This document shows positions 1-10,481 of a stretch of DNA of 64,000 bases, piece after piece; the first letter of the stretch is position 1, and every line of letters begins with the position of its first letter. The notes beneath the pieces were generated by a model. It saw only the letters and a program-made list of their open reading frames with translations, did no database searches and had not been told where the DNA came from. The stretch is taken from NCBI GenBank assembly GCA_003243445.1, contig QFQQ01000018.1, positions 24,556 to 88,555 on the forward strand, read 5' to 3'. Both the position numbers and the translations under genes were made by a program. This stretch comes from Citrobacter freundii. Lineage in GTDB: Bacteria > Bacteroidota > Bacteroidia > Chitinophagales > Chitinophagaceae.

Positions 1-1222
1 TCTGCTGTTCGAGAAAATCTTTTACTTCTTTATCGCGGCCGGTTTGATATTTCATGCTCTCGATGCGGCCCGGATTGAGAATGCCCCGGCAATCGAAAAC
101 ATAGCCGCCGCCGTTTCCGCTTTCATCAGCGGGAATGCCATTGCGGTAAGAAAAGCTTTTGATCTTTACGACAAGCGGCGTTTCATCGCTGGCCTGTACA
201 GGCGTGAATTGCTGGATCACTTCTTCGGATACACAGAGATCAAGCACCTTGCGGAATTCGGGTACGGAGATGCCGAGACTTTGATTGCTGATGAAATCCT
301 TCAGGTTTTTCAGGCCGAGCGGGATCGCCGTGAGGAATTGCGCTTTGCGTTCAAACAACCCCCGGAATCCATAAGCGCCCAATACCTGCAACAGCCGGAT
401 CAGCACATATCCATTGTATTGACTACGGAATATGATACGGTCGAGGGAGGAAGGGATCAGTTGTTCAAAACTGTTCATATAATCTTCCAGCAGGTTTTCC
501 TTCCAGTCTTCCGGCAGATTGGCTCTTGCCTGCCAGAGCATGGACGCCACATCATATTGTGGTGCACCTTTCATGGCGCCCTGGTAATCGATAAAATGAA
601 CGGAATTATCTTCTTTTACCATGATGTTCCTGCTTTGAAAGTCGCGGAACATAAAATATTTGTATTCTGTATGCGTGAGGTAATTGCTCAGTGCTTCAAA
701 ATCATTGATCAGTTTTTGTTTATCATACGGTCTGCGCAATGCATCAAGAAAATAATATTTGAAATAAAGCAGATCAGCCATGATCGCCTGTTTGCCGAAT
801 TCTTTATTGGTGAGTGTGCGGTCGTAGTCCAATCCTTCATCTCCCTTTACCTGCAATTTGGCCAGTTCATCAAGGCTTTTTTTGAAAAGATCATATACGG
901 GTTGAACAAAGCCTTCGGCTTCCAGGCGGTTCAGCAGCGATACGTCGCCGAAATCCTCCTGTAAATAGTACGCCCCATCTTCACTGATCGCGAGGATCTC
1001 CGGTACAGCCAGGCCCTTGGGTTTGAACTGACGGGAGAAATAAATGAATGTGTCGTTCTCCGGGATATTAGCACCGTAAGTGCCGATCACAGAAGCGCCG
1101 CCACCATAAAGGCGGAAATAACGGCGCTCACTGCCGGATTGGGGAAGTACATCGATAGAGTCGGGTTCAACACCCTTCCATTTAATATATAGCTGTCTGA
1201 TTGAATCGATAATTGGCTGCAT
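1..1222 (-). CDS. Phosphotransferase-family (APH-like) kinase with RapZ-C-terminal-like tail; partial, C-terminus beyond window start
   Basis: A manual minus-strand translation from the ATG at 1222-1220 runs open to position 1 (MQPIIDSIRQLYIKWKG...). Brenner-type APH motifs appear (FIDYQGAMKGAPQYDVASMLWQA). The last ~60 residues (VKIKSFSYRNGIPADESGNGGGYVFDCRGILNPGR) resemble the RapZ C-terminal FGFKYG...DxVFDVRFLPNP region. The ORF track omits it because no stop falls inside the window. The + ORF 44-964 is its shadow. Confidence 0.55.
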   Translation of the reverse strand, partial: MQPIIDSIRQLYIKWKGVEPDSIDVLPQSGSERRYFRLYGGGASVIGTYGANIPENDTFIYFSRQFKPKGLAVPEILAISEDGAYYLQEDFGDVSLLNRLEAEGFVQPVYDLFKKSLDELAKLQVKGDEGLDYDRTLTNKEFGKQAIMADLLYFKYYFLDALRRPYDKQKLINDFEALSNYLTHTEYKYFMFRDFQSRNIMVKEDNSVHFIDYQGAMKGAPQYDVASMLWQARANLPEDWKENLLEDYMNSFEQLIPSSLDRIIFRSQYNGYVLIRLLQVLGAYGFRGLFERKAQFLTAIPLGLKNLKDFISNQSLGISVPEFRKVLDLCVSEEVIQQFTPVQASDETPLVVKIKSFSYRNGIPADESGNGGGYVFDCRGILNPGRIESMKYQTGRDKEVKDFLEQQ

Positions 1223-1457
1223 AGTGACAAAAGTAGGCTAAGAGGTTGAAAGAGAGTAAAGAGAAAACGAGGGATTTGGGGTTTTGGATATGTGCGTAGC
1301 ATTATGGGTTCGGGTATTGAACGCGGAGTCGGGAGGAGAATTGCGTGAATGTGCGGGATATTTTTGAGAGAGCCCGTTTGGTCCTGGCGGATGATGAAAA
1401 CTAACAGGCATTAGTTTTTTCGTTTAAATTTGCAGGGTTTCAAATTGATCCGCAGTT

Positions 1458-4400
1458 ATGGCTTATATACCGAAGAACAAGATCAGAATCGTTACGGCAG
1501 CTTCATTATTTGACGGGCATGATGCCGCGATCAATATCATGCGCCGGATCCTTCAGAGTAAAGGCGCGGAGGTCATCCACCTGGGGCATAACCGTTCGGT
1601 GAAAGAGATCGTGGAGACAGCGATCGAAGAGGATGTACAGGGTATTGCAATTACCAGTTACCAGGGCGGGCACGTGGAGTTTTTTAAATACATGAAAGAT
1701 CTGCTGGATGAGAATGACTGCGGACATATCAGGATCTTTGGTGGTGGGGGCGGAACGATCCTTCCGGAAGAAATAGACGAACTGCACAAATACGGCATTA
1801 CCCGGATCTATTCGCCCGATGACGGCCGCCAGATGGGCCTGGAAGGCATGATCGAAGATGTGATCAGCAAATGTGATATACACCTGAATGGAAAGGCGGA
1901 ATATAATACCGCAATGAACCTGGGAGAAGTAAAAGATATCCGCCGTATCGCACGCCGGATCACCAATGCAGAGAATGGCCAGGAAACGGAAACCCCAAAA
2001 CCGGCAAAACAAATTCCTGTACTGGGGATCACAGGTACAGGCGGAGCTGGTAAAAGCAGCGTGACGGACGAACTGGTCCGGCGGTTCCTGCACAATTTCA
2101 CAGATAAAACCATCGCTGTCATTTCTGTTGACCCTTCAAAGAAAAAAACGGGAGGTGCATTATTGGGAGACCGGATCAGGATGAATGCGATCTCACACCC
2201 CCGCGCATACATGCGCAGCCTTGCAACGCGCGATGACAATACAGCACTCAGCCATTATGTGCAGGAAGCGATCGATATCTGCAAAGACGCGGGTTTTGAT
2301 CTTGTGATCCTTGAATCAGCTGGTGTGGGTCAAAGTGATGCATCGATCCTTGATTATTGCGATATCAGCATGTATGTGATGACGCCGGAGTATGGCGCGG
2401 CATCACAACTGGAAAAGATCAATATGCTGGATTACGCCGATATTATTTGTATCAACAAATTTGATAAAGCCGGCGCACTGGACGCGATCGCGGATGTAAG
2501 AAAGCAATACAAACGCAATCACCAGTTATGGTCGGCAAAAGATGATGAATTACCGGTGATCGGAACAATGGCCAGCAAGTTCAATGACGAAGGCGTCAAT
2601 CATCTTTTTGAATCATTATTGAAAAAGATCCGGGAAAAGACAAATACTGATTTTGGTGAATTCCATTTTTCCGCCACGGCTCAAGTTTCCCAGTCCATCA
2701 TTCCTGCAAAACGCGCGAGGTATCTCAGCGAGATCAGTGAGAACAACAGAAGCTATGATCAGCTGGTGAAAGATCAGGCAGCGATCGCCAGCAAGATCTA
2801 CCAACTGGAAGGTTCGTTGGAAACATTAAAAGATAAAGCACCAGAGGAATTGCTTGAGGTGATCAGGAAGCAGGTCGCTTTTTATACAGACCAGCTCACA
2901 CCGGTCAGCAGGAAGCTGTTGCAGCACTGGAATGAGAAAGTGCAGGAGTATGAGAAGGATTATTATGAATATACGGTGCGCGATAAGGTGATCAAACAGG
3001 AGATGTTCACCAAAAGCCTTTCCGGTACGCGCATTCCAAAAGTAGTATTGCCAAAATATAAAGACCTGGGTGATATTCTTCAATGGGAGGCGCAGGAGAA
3101 CGTGCCGGGACATTTTCCTTACACGGCAGGTGTATTCCCTTTAAAAAGAGAAGGCGAAGATCCTACAAGAATGTTCGCCGGTGAAGGCGGTCCCGAGAGA
3201 ACGAATAAACGTTTCCACTATGTGAGCGTGGATCAACCAGCGAAACGATTATCAACTGCCTTTGATAGCGTGACGTTATATGGTGAAGATCCCGATGTTC
3301 GCCCGGATATATATGGAAAGATCGGTAACAGCGGTGTAAGTATTGCAACAGTGGACGATGCCAAGAAATTATACAGCGGTTTTGATCTTTGCGATCCGCG
3401 CACTTCGGTAAGCATGACCATCAATGGCCCGGCACCGGTGATACTTGCGTTCTTTATGAATGCGGCGATCGATCAGCAATGTGAGAAATGGATTGCAAAA
3501 GAGAAAAAGGAATCACTGATCAAAGAAGCCTTCCAGAAAAAGTATGGCGATCTTCCCAGACCTTCTTATAATAATCCATCGTTTCCGGACCGGCTTCCCG
3601 AAGGAAATAACGGATTGGGCCTGGCGCTGCTTGGGTTAAGTGGTGATGAGGTATTGCCTGCGGATATTTATCGGCAGTGCAAAGAAGTGGCATTGCAGCA
3701 AGTCCGCGGCACGGTGCAGGCGGATATCCTGAAGGAAGACCAGGCGCAGAATACCTGCATCTTCTCAACGGAGTTTGCATTGAAACTGATGGGGGATGTG
3801 CAGGAGTATTTCATCGATCAAAAGGTGAAGAATTTTTACAGCGTTAGTATTTCCGGCTATCATATCGCGGAAGCGGGTGCGAATCCAATTACGCAACTGG
3901 CATTCACACTGGCCAATGGGTTTACATACGTGGAATATTACCTGAGCCGCGGCATGTCCATCGATGATTTTGCCCCGAATTTATCTTTCTTCTTCAGCAA
4001 TGGCATGGATCCGGAGTATGCCGTGATCGGCCGCGTAGCCAGAAGGATCTGGGCAAAAGCGATGAAGTATAAATACAAAGCGAACAAGCGCAGCCAGATG
4101 TTGAAGTATCATATCCAGACATCGGGACGCAGTCTGCATGCACAGGAGATCGACTTCAATGATATCCGGACAACACTGCAGGCCTTGTATGCGATCTATG
4201 ATAACTGTAATTCACTTCATACGAACGCTTATGATGAAGCGATCACAACTCCAACGGAAGAAAGCGTAAGAAGAGCGATGGCGATCCAGCTGATCATCAA
4301 CCGTGAACTGGGCACAGCGAAAACGGAGAACTTCACACAGGGATCATTTGTGATGGAAGAACTCACCAACCTGGTGGAAGAAGCCGTGCTGCAGGAATTC

Positions 4401-4805
4401 GACCGCCTGACGGACAGAGGCGGCGTGTTGGGCGCCATGGAAAGAATGTATCAGCGCAACAAGATCCAGGAAGAGAGTCTTTATTATGAACATCAGAAAC
4501 ATACCGGTGAATTACCATTGATCGGTGTAAATACGTTCCTGAATAAGAAAGGATCGCCTACAGTGATCCCTTCTGAGATCATCCGTAGTACAAAAGAAGA
4601 GAAAGATCAGCAGATCCATAATCTGAAGATCTTCCAGCAGCGGAATGAGGGCCGTTCGGCAGGAGCATTGCAGCGGTTAAAACAGGCGGCGGTAAACAAT
4701 GGCAATCTATTTGCAGAACTGATGGAAACGGTGAAGTATTGCTCGCTTGGTCAGATCACGCATGCCTTGTATGAGGTGGGCGGGCAATACCGCAGAAATA
4801 TGTAA
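1458..4805 (+). CDS. icmF: Fused isobutyryl-CoA mutase IcmF (B12-binding domain, MeaB-like GTPase, mutase substrate barrel)
   Basis: 1115 aa. The N-terminus has the [11 protein letters not shown]12-binding motif. The middle has a P-loop [12 protein letters not shown] and MeaB-like switch regions. The C-terminus is a methylmalonyl-CoA-mutase-like barrel. The length and domain order fit IcmF. Confidence 0.85.
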   Translation: MAYIPKNKIRIVTAASLFDGHDAAINIMRRILQSKGAEVIHLGHNRSVKEIVETAIEEDVQGIAITSYQGGHVEFFKYMKDLLDENDCGHIRIFGGGGGTILPEEIDELHKYGITRIYSPDDGRQMGLEGMIEDVISKCDIHLNGKAEYNTAMNLGEVKDIRRIARRITNAENGQETETPKPAKQIPVLGITGTGGAGKSSVTDELVRRFLHNFTDKTIAVISVDPSKKKTGGALLGDRIRMNAISHPRAYMRSLATRDDNTALSHYVQEAIDICKDAGFDLVILESAGVGQSDASILDYCDISMYVMTPEYGAASQLEKINMLDYADIICINKFDKAGALDAIADVRKQYKRNHQLWSAKDDELPVIGTMASKFNDEGVNHLFESLLKKIREKTNTDFGEFHFSATAQVSQSIIPAKRARYLSEISENNRSYDQLVKDQAAIASKIYQLEGSLETLKDKAPEELLEVIRKQVAFYTDQLTPVSRKLLQHWNEKVQEYEKDYYEYTVRDKVIKQEMFTKSLSGTRIPKVVLPKYKDLGDILQWEAQENVPGHFPYTAGVFPLKREGEDPTRMFAGEGGPERTNKRFHYVSVDQPAKRLSTAFDSVTLYGEDPDVRPDIYGKIGNSGVSIATVDDAKKLYSGFDLCDPRTSVSMTINGPAPVILAFFMNAAIDQQCEKWIAKEKKESLIKEAFQKKYGDLPRPSYNNPSFPDRLPEGNNGLGLALLGLSGDEVLPADIYRQCKEVALQQVRGTVQADILKEDQAQNTCIFSTEFALKLMGDVQEYFIDQKVKNFYSVSISGYHIAEAGANPITQLAFTLANGFTYVEYYLSRGMSIDDFAPNLSFFFSNGMDPEYAVIGRVARRIWAKAMKYKYKANKRSQMLKYHIQTSGRSLHAQEIDFNDIRTTLQALYAIYDNCNSLHTNAYDEAITTPTEESVRRAMAIQLIINRELGTAKTENFTQGSFVMEELTNLVEEAVLQEFDRLTDRGGVLGAMERMYQRNKIQEESLYYEHQKHTGELPLIGVNTFLNKKGSPTVIPSEIIRSTKEEKDQQIHNLKIFQQRNEGRSAGALQRLKQAAVNNGNLFAELMETVKYCSLGQITHALYEVGGQYRRNM

Positions 4806-4808
4806 GCT

Positions 4809-5516
4809 ATGTTTATACTAGATGCGGGCAGGTTCAGCTGGAAGGAATTGTTTTTCGGAAGCGAGAATATGTCATTCGTTCCGGAAGTGATCATCCGTTC
4901 GCTGATCATGTTCACCGTGATCCTGTTCAGCCTCAGTATTCTTGGCAAGCGTGGTGTAAAACAGTTATCGGTTTTTGAACTGGTGGTGATCATCGGGCTT
5001 GGTTCTGCTGCAGGTGACCCCATGTTTTATAAAGATGTTGGACTTGTTCCGGCGCTGATTGTGTTTGCGATCGTGATCGGGTTGTACATCTTCGTGACGC
5101 ACCTGGTCGGTAAAAGTAAACGGATGGAAAGACTGGTGGAAGGCAAGCCTATCTGCCTGATCGAAGACGGACGTTTTGCAATCGATAATTTTTCCAAGGA
5201 GAATCTGGGACAGGATGAGTTTTTTGCTGAGCTGAGATTGAAAGGGATCTCACATCTTGGTCAGGTGGAAAAAGCGATCATCGAAACAAATGGCGATATC
5301 AGCGTATTTTATTATGAAGATAAGGATGTGAAGCATGGATTGCCGGTGATGCCGGATTCGCTGGATCATAAATCAAAGCAGATCGATAAACCAGGATATT
5401 ATTCCTGTAGCTTTTGTGGTAATACAGAAAAACTGGAAGTAACGCAGGCTTGTAATTGTAAAGAGTGCGGGAAGGCTGAATGGGTTCCTTCGAGTGACCG
5501 GAAGCGGATTACCTGA
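4809..5516 (+). CDS. DUF421 (YetF-like) membrane protein with C-terminal Cys-rich zinc-ribbon-like tail
   Basis: It has N-terminal TM helices and a GLGSAAGDPMF-type DUF421 core. The tail carries CSFCG...CNCKECG. An alternative start is at 4869. Confidence 0.6.
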   Translation: MFILDAGRFSWKELFFGSENMSFVPEVIIRSLIMFTVILFSLSILGKRGVKQLSVFELVVIIGLGSAAGDPMFYKDVGLVPALIVFAIVIGLYIFVTHLVGKSKRMERLVEGKPICLIEDGRFAIDNFSKENLGQDEFFAELRLKGISHLGQVEKAIIETNGDISVFYYEDKDVKHGLPVMPDSLDHKSKQIDKPGYYSCSFCGNTEKLEVTQACNCKECGKAEWVPSSDRKRIT

Positions 5517-5546
5517 TCGTTGAATATCTCATGGATCGGTAGAGTT

Positions 5547-5756
5547 GGTTCCCGCAGATCACGCAGATTTATCTTTCCGCGAATAGAAAATATTTTATGT
5601 AGCTGAATACACTACAACACGAATGCGCAGATTACGCAGATCCATTACCGCTATCGGAAAAAGATCTGCGTAATCTGCGCAAACGAATAAGTGATCTCCT
5701 GCACCGATGATCAGTTCATTACGCGGAAAGATAAATCCGCGTGATCTGCGGGAGCC
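5547..5756. repeat. Nested inverted repeat: outer 35-bp arms (5547-5581 / 5722-5756, 33/35 match) enclosing an inner 18-bp perfect IR (5625-5642 / 5664-5681); all arms share the CGCAGAT(C/T)ACGCAGAT motif
   Basis: Read directly from the sequence. It lies between the convergent DUF421 and DJ-1 genes. Confidence 0.6.
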
Positions 5757-5784
5757 AAACGCTCCGGACTGAAGAAGTTTGTAG

Positions 5785-6363
5785 TTAGTGGGCAGGCGTC
5801 GGTGTGAAAACCGTTGGATCATGTTTTCCTTCCCTGATCTCTTCGATCATCTTCTTATTAAAAGCTTCGAGATCTTTCGGGCTTCGGCTGGTGACCAGGC
5901 CATTATCAGTTACCACCTCTTTATCTTCCCAGATCACGCCTGCATTTTCCAGATCCGTTTTAACTGAGGGATAGGAAGTCATATTCCTTCCGCTGATCAT
6001 TCCCGTTTCAATGAGCAACTGTGGACCATGGCAGATGGCGGCAACGGGTTTACCGATCTCCAGGAATTGTTGCGCAAATTCTACACATTTCTGGTTGATA
6101 CGCATTTTGTCGGGGTTGATCACGCCTCCGGGTATCACAAGGGCATCATAATCTTCCACCTTTGCATTCTCTATCTGAACATCTACCGGTAATTCAATGG
6201 ACCAGTGATCCTGATCCCAGGCAATCACTTTTTCTTTTTGCGGGGATACGATATGCACTTCTGCGCCAGCTTCTTCCAATGCCTTTTTGGGGCTGGTCAG
6301 TTCCACTTCCTCGAAACCGGTTTCCGTCAGTATCGCGACCTTCTTTCCTTTCAGGTTTTGCAT
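5785..6363 (-). CDS. DJ-1/PfpI family protein (class I glutamine amidotransferase-like)
   Basis: AAICHGPQLL nucleophile-elbow motif. It is about 193 aa from the Met at MQNLKGKKVAIL. Confidence 0.8.
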   Translation of the reverse strand: MQNLKGKKVAILTETGFEEVELTSPKKALEEAGAEVHIVSPQKEKVIAWDQDHWSIELPVDVQIENAKVEDYDALVIPGGVINPDKMRINQKCVEFAQQFLEIGKPVAAICHGPQLLIETGMISGRNMTSYPSVKTDLENAGVIWEDKEVVTDNGLVTSRSPKDLEAFNKKMIEEIREGKHDPTVFTPTPAH

Positions 6364-6489
6364 AATAAGTGTTTTGAATGATGAATAAATTAACCGATTA
6401 AGAGACCCAAAAACGATACCATTAAGATTAATGACCAATAAGGAAAAACGGTTTCATGTGTCGCAGAAGTGTGACAATCAGCCTTGCTT

Positions 6490-6566
6490 TTTTCTTCTTT
6501 CCGTCCTCACCGTCTTACGGGTTTATTTTACCGGTATGGCGGTGAGGATGGGAAGAAGAAGAAAGT
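6490..6566. repeat. Dispersed palindromic repeat family X, copy 1
   Basis: TTCTTCTTTCCGTCCTCACCGTCTTACGGGTTTATTTTACCGGTATGGCGGTGAGGATGGGAAGAAG. It forms a 19-bp stem whose only mismatches are G-U wobbles, and it is about 75% identical to the copies at 36026-36105 and 37296-37370. Confidence 0.55.
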
Positions 6567-6676
6567 TAAATGAAGTGCTTTCTCCTTCTTTTAGATACGT
6601 TTCGTATCTATTATTTTGAAAATTTCAGGAGCAGAGACGTAGCTTTTTTTATCTTTAATCCTCTTAAGGCATAAAC

Positions 6677-7480
6677 ATGAAATATATTTCGCTGATTGTA
6701 GCAATGGCTTTATTGATCGCTTCCTGTTCTCCTTATGCAAAAACTAACAGGGTGTACAAGAAGCAGGCGAAATCATATGCAAAGTTATTGCGGGAATATC
6801 CGGTTAAGGATTCTGCGGGTCTTGCCTATGCGCCGGACTGGGTTGGTACGACAAACTTTTCCATGCGCCGTCCAAACTTTGTGGTGATCCATCATACGGC
6901 GCAAAACAGTTGTGAGCAGACCCTGGAGACCTTTACACTCCCGAGAACCCAGGTCAGTGCACATTATGTGATCTGTAAAGATGGAACGGTACATCATATG
7001 CTCAGTGATCTGCTCAGGGCGCATCATGCCGGCGTAAGCCGTTGGGGAAATAATACGGATCTGAACAGCAGCAGTATTGGTATTGAGATCGATAATAATG
7101 GAACGGATAGTTTTTCTGTACAACAGATCGCAAGCCTGGAGATCTTGCTCGGGCGTTTAAAGCGGGCATATAATATTCCGGTTGCAAATTTTATGGGTCA
7201 TGCTGACGTAGCGCCTGGCCGCAAAGTAGACCCTAACCGTACATTTCCCTGGCAGCGCCTGGCCGCGCAAGGGTATGGCTACTGGTATGATACGACCGGT
7301 ATCCAGGTGCCCGCCGAGTTCAACCCTATACAGGCGTTACGTATCATCGGTTATCCCATTCAAAAACCTGAATCTGCGATTGCTTCCTTCAAACTGCATT
7401 TCGTGCCATCTGATACAACAAAGATCATTACGGATGAGGACAGGAAAATTCTTTTCAGCCTGCAGAAGAAATATGAATAA
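6677..7480 (+). CDS. N-acetylmuramoyl-L-alanine amidase (AmpD/AmiD-like, PGRP fold) lipoprotein
   Basis: Lipobox LIASCS. The amidase_2 motifs are HHTAQNS...GHADVAPGRKVDPN. Confidence 0.8.
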   Translation: MKYISLIVAMALLIASCSPYAKTNRVYKKQAKSYAKLLREYPVKDSAGLAYAPDWVGTTNFSMRRPNFVVIHHTAQNSCEQTLETFTLPRTQVSAHYVICKDGTVHHMLSDLLRAHHAGVSRWGNNTDLNSSSIGIEIDNNGTDSFSVQQIASLEILLGRLKRAYNIPVANFMGHADVAPGRKVDPNRTFPWQRLAAQGYGYWYDTTGIQVPAEFNPIQALRIIGYPIQKPESAIASFKLHFVPSDTTKIITDEDRKILFSLQKKYE

Positions 7481-7614
7481 GCGTTTCGCGTTATGCTAAT
7501 GATGCCGGTTTAAAAGTTTAAACCCCGGATATGTTTGTATGCCCGGTAAACCAGGGTATTTCATGCAGATTCGTGAACATCCGCGCTCATTGCCTTCAAT
7601 TCGTGATGAGTCGT

Positions 7615-7622
7615 TAAATTTG
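7615..7622 (+). promoter_or_regulatory. Candidate Bacteroidota -7 box TAAATTTG (TAnnTTTG) upstream of the glycosidase gene
   Basis: It matches the TAnnTTTG consensus, and a TTG lies about 22 bp upstream. Confidence 0.35.
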
Positions 7623-7663
7623 TAATATCAATGAACAACCTTTTGAGAAGATAAATTTTTTCA

Positions 7664-10342
7664 ATGACAGCAGAACACCAACGGCTTGCCGTGAATGCGG
7701 GCAAGACGGTTCCTTTGGCTCAGTGGGGCCCATATCTCAGCGAAAGGCAATGGGGAACAGTGCGGGAAGATTACAGTGCGAATGGCGATGCATGGCATTA
7801 TTTCCCTTTTGATCACGCTAATTGCCGCGTATTCTCCTGGGGTGAGGATGGCCTGGCCGGTATCTCCGATTTCTTTGGCAATCTCTGCTTTGCTATCTCA
7901 CTCTGGAATGGTAAAGATGGTATATTAAAAGAACGGCTGTTCGGATTAAGCAATCCTGAAGGTAATCACGGTGAAGATGTAAAGGAACTGTATTATCACC
8001 TGGATAATCTTCCCACGCATTACTACATGGAATACCTGTATAAATACCCGCAGCGTGAATTTCCATACGATCAGCTCAGAGCAGAAAACCGCAGCCGGTC
8101 AAAACAGGAACCGGAATATGAAATACTGGATACAGGCGTTTTCAATGATAATCAGTATTTCGATGTAAAAGTGACTTATGCCAAACAGAGCGCACAGGAT
8201 ATTTTTATCAGGATCGATATCACCAATCGTTATAGCAAGCCTGCAGAGATAACTGTATTGCCTACACTTTGGTTTTATAATCGCTGGCGCGATGGCACGT
8301 TCAAAGAACGTCCATCGATCAGACCATTGAATAAACATACGGTCAAAGCAGAACATGAAAGGCTCGGTGATTATTACTTTTATTTTCAGCCTGCGGATAA
8401 AACGCTCTATACAGAAAATGAAACGAACACTGCGATCGTAACGGGTGTGCCTAATACATCCATTTTTACAAAAGATGCATTCAATCATGCGATCATCAAA
8501 GGTGAAAATGTGGATGAGTTGATGGCAAAGAAAGAAGGTACTAAGTTTTCCCCCGTTTATAAAATGCGTGTGGGTGCAGGTGTTACCAAAACGATTTATT
8601 GCAGGTTGAATACAAAACTGACCGAGAAACCATTTGCGCCGGGATTCAAGGACGTATTTACCGTAAGAAAGCACGAAGCGGATGAATTTTACGCTGCGAT
8701 TCTTCCGAAAGGGATGAGTGAAGACATGGCGCAGATACAGCGTCAGGCGCTGTCCGGTGTATTATGGAGTAAACAGTATTATCACTTTGATGTGGAAGAA
8801 TGGCTGGCAACAAGCGATGGCATTTCTCCTGTGAGCAGTTCCAAAATGTCAGGACGGAATAATGACTGGAAACACCTGAAGAACCAGGATATTATCATGA
8901 TGCCCGATAAATGGGAATATCCGTGGTACGCCGCCTGGGATCTTGCATTTCAGTGTATTTCCATGGCGGTGGTGGATCCGACGTTTGCAAAACACCAGTT
9001 GCTGCTGATCATGCGTGAGTGGTATATGAAACCGGACGGTCAGCTACCAGCTTATGAATGGAACTTCAGCGATGTGAATCCACCTGTACAGGCCTGGGCA
9101 GCATTGCAGGTTTATAACATTGAAAAGAAACAGACAGGTAATGGCGATATCAAGTTTTTGAAAAAAGTTTTCCAAAAACTGCTGATCAATTTTACCTGGT
9201 GGATCAACCGGAAAGACGTTAATGGAAATAACATCTTTGAAGGAGGCTTCCTTGGTCTTGATAATATTGGTGTGTTCAATCGTAGTTTTCATTTCCCGGG
9301 TGAAGTGCAACTGGAGCAGGCAGACGGCACCAGTTGGATGGGAACCTATGCATTGGACATGATGGAGATGGCGATCGAGATCGCCATCAACGATGTGTCA
9401 TTTGAAGATACGGCTACAAAATTCTTTGAGCACTTTGTGTTGATTGCGGAGTCACTCAATCAGCATGGTCTCTGGAATGAAGAAGATCGTTTTTATTATG
9501 ATGTGCTTTGTGTAAGCGGTGCTGATCCTGTGCCGTTGAGAATTCAATCTGTTGTTGGTATTACGGCATTGTATGCCGTTTCTACCATCAATAAAAAAGC
9601 AATGGATCATCTCACAGATTTTAAAAAACGGGTGAACTGGTTTGAGAATTACCGGAAGAAAAATGCAAAGTTCTGGCCCAATGAAGAAAGAAGCAATGAT
9701 GGCGAGATACTGTTGTCATTGATCCCAAAAGATAAACTTGTTGATCTGTTAAAACGTTTATTGGATGAAGATGGTTTCCTTTCTCCCGGCGGTATCCGCG
9801 CGCTTTCAAAATATCATGATGCAAATCCGTATTCGGTAACGGTGGATGGAAATATTTACAGTATCCGGTATGATCCGGGTGATGCAACTTCGGATATGTT
9901 TGGTGGTAATTCCAATTGGCGTGGCCCTGTGTGGATGCCGATCAATTTCCTCATCATTCAATCGATCCGTAAGTATGGAGAGTTCTATGGTGATTCATTG
10001 TTAGTAGAGTATCCTGTTGGTTCTGGTCAACAGATGAATTTGACCCAGGTGGCTGAGAAGCTCACCAAGCGTGTGATCAGTTTATTTGAAAAGGCAGAAG
10101 ATGGGTCACGCAGATTACATGGAGATTACAACTGGTTTTATAAGCAACCGGGTAACGAACATCTTGTTTCATTCTTTGAATATTTTCATGGAGATTCAGG
10201 TCGTGGATTGGGTGCATCGCATCAGACAGGATGGACGGCGCTGGTTGCGGAACTGATCAGCGAATATGGTGAGCAGAATGAAGCAAATATACAGAAGGCA
10301 AATCTGGTAAATGCTCAAGATGATCCTTTTCTGAATGATTGA
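7664..10342 (+). CDS. Six-hairpin (alpha/alpha)6 glycoside hydrolase, GH63-like (MGH1/YgjK family)
   Basis: 892 aa. The assignment rests on size and on motifs such as WEYPWYAAWDLAF and NWRGPVWMPINF. The family call comes from memory, not from a search. Confidence 0.5.
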   Translation: MTAEHQRLAVNAGKTVPLAQWGPYLSERQWGTVREDYSANGDAWHYFPFDHANCRVFSWGEDGLAGISDFFGNLCFAISLWNGKDGILKERLFGLSNPEGNHGEDVKELYYHLDNLPTHYYMEYLYKYPQREFPYDQLRAENRSRSKQEPEYEILDTGVFNDNQYFDVKVTYAKQSAQDIFIRIDITNRYSKPAEITVLPTLWFYNRWRDGTFKERPSIRPLNKHTVKAEHERLGDYYFYFQPADKTLYTENETNTAIVTGVPNTSIFTKDAFNHAIIKGENVDELMAKKEGTKFSPVYKMRVGAGVTKTIYCRLNTKLTEKPFAPGFKDVFTVRKHEADEFYAAILPKGMSEDMAQIQRQALSGVLWSKQYYHFDVEEWLATSDGISPVSSSKMSGRNNDWKHLKNQDIIMMPDKWEYPWYAAWDLAFQCISMAVVDPTFAKHQLLLIMREWYMKPDGQLPAYEWNFSDVNPPVQAWAALQVYNIEKKQTGNGDIKFLKKVFQKLLINFTWWINRKDVNGNNIFEGGFLGLDNIGVFNRSFHFPGEVQLEQADGTSWMGTYALDMMEMAIEIAINDVSFEDTATKFFEHFVLIAESLNQHGLWNEEDRFYYDVLCVSGADPVPLRIQSVVGITALYAVSTINKKAMDHLTDFKKRVNWFENYRKKNAKFWPNEERSNDGEILLSLIPKDKLVDLLKRLLDEDGFLSPGGIRALSKYHDANPYSVTVDGNIYSIRYDPGDATSDMFGGNSNWRGPVWMPINFLIIQSIRKYGEFYGDSLLVEYPVGSGQQMNLTQVAEKLTKRVISLFEKAEDGSRRLHGDYNWFYKQPGNEHLVSFFEYFHGDSGRGLGASHQTGWTALVAELISEYGEQNEANIQKANLVNAQDDPFLND

Positions 10343-10393
10343 GCGGGATTGTAACAGGATCATGTTCAGCTGAACAGCAGCATAAAAAGTATC

Positions 10394-10441
10394 AAGGGCT
10401 GCAGGTGGAAAATCTATTTTCCAAACCTGCAGCCCTTTTAG
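10394..10441. terminator. Bidirectional rho-independent terminator (about 19-bp stem AAGGGCTGCAGGTGGAAAAT / ATTTTCCAAACCTGCAGCCCTT plus T-run)
   Basis: It sits between the convergent glycosidase and AraC genes. Confidence 0.6.
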
Positions 10442-10481
10442 TTATTAAGATCAGGTGCTGACACTATTAATCGATAACAAC

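Noticed and set aside
44-964. 306-aa + strand ORF
   Set aside because: It lies entirely antisense to the APH-like gene, has no recognisable motifs and an odd composition. It is a shadow ORF of the minus-strand coding sequence.
1506-2239. Two minus-strand ORFs (195 and 143 aa) inside icmF
   Set aside because: They are antisense to a strongly supported, motif-rich gene. They are shadow ORFs.
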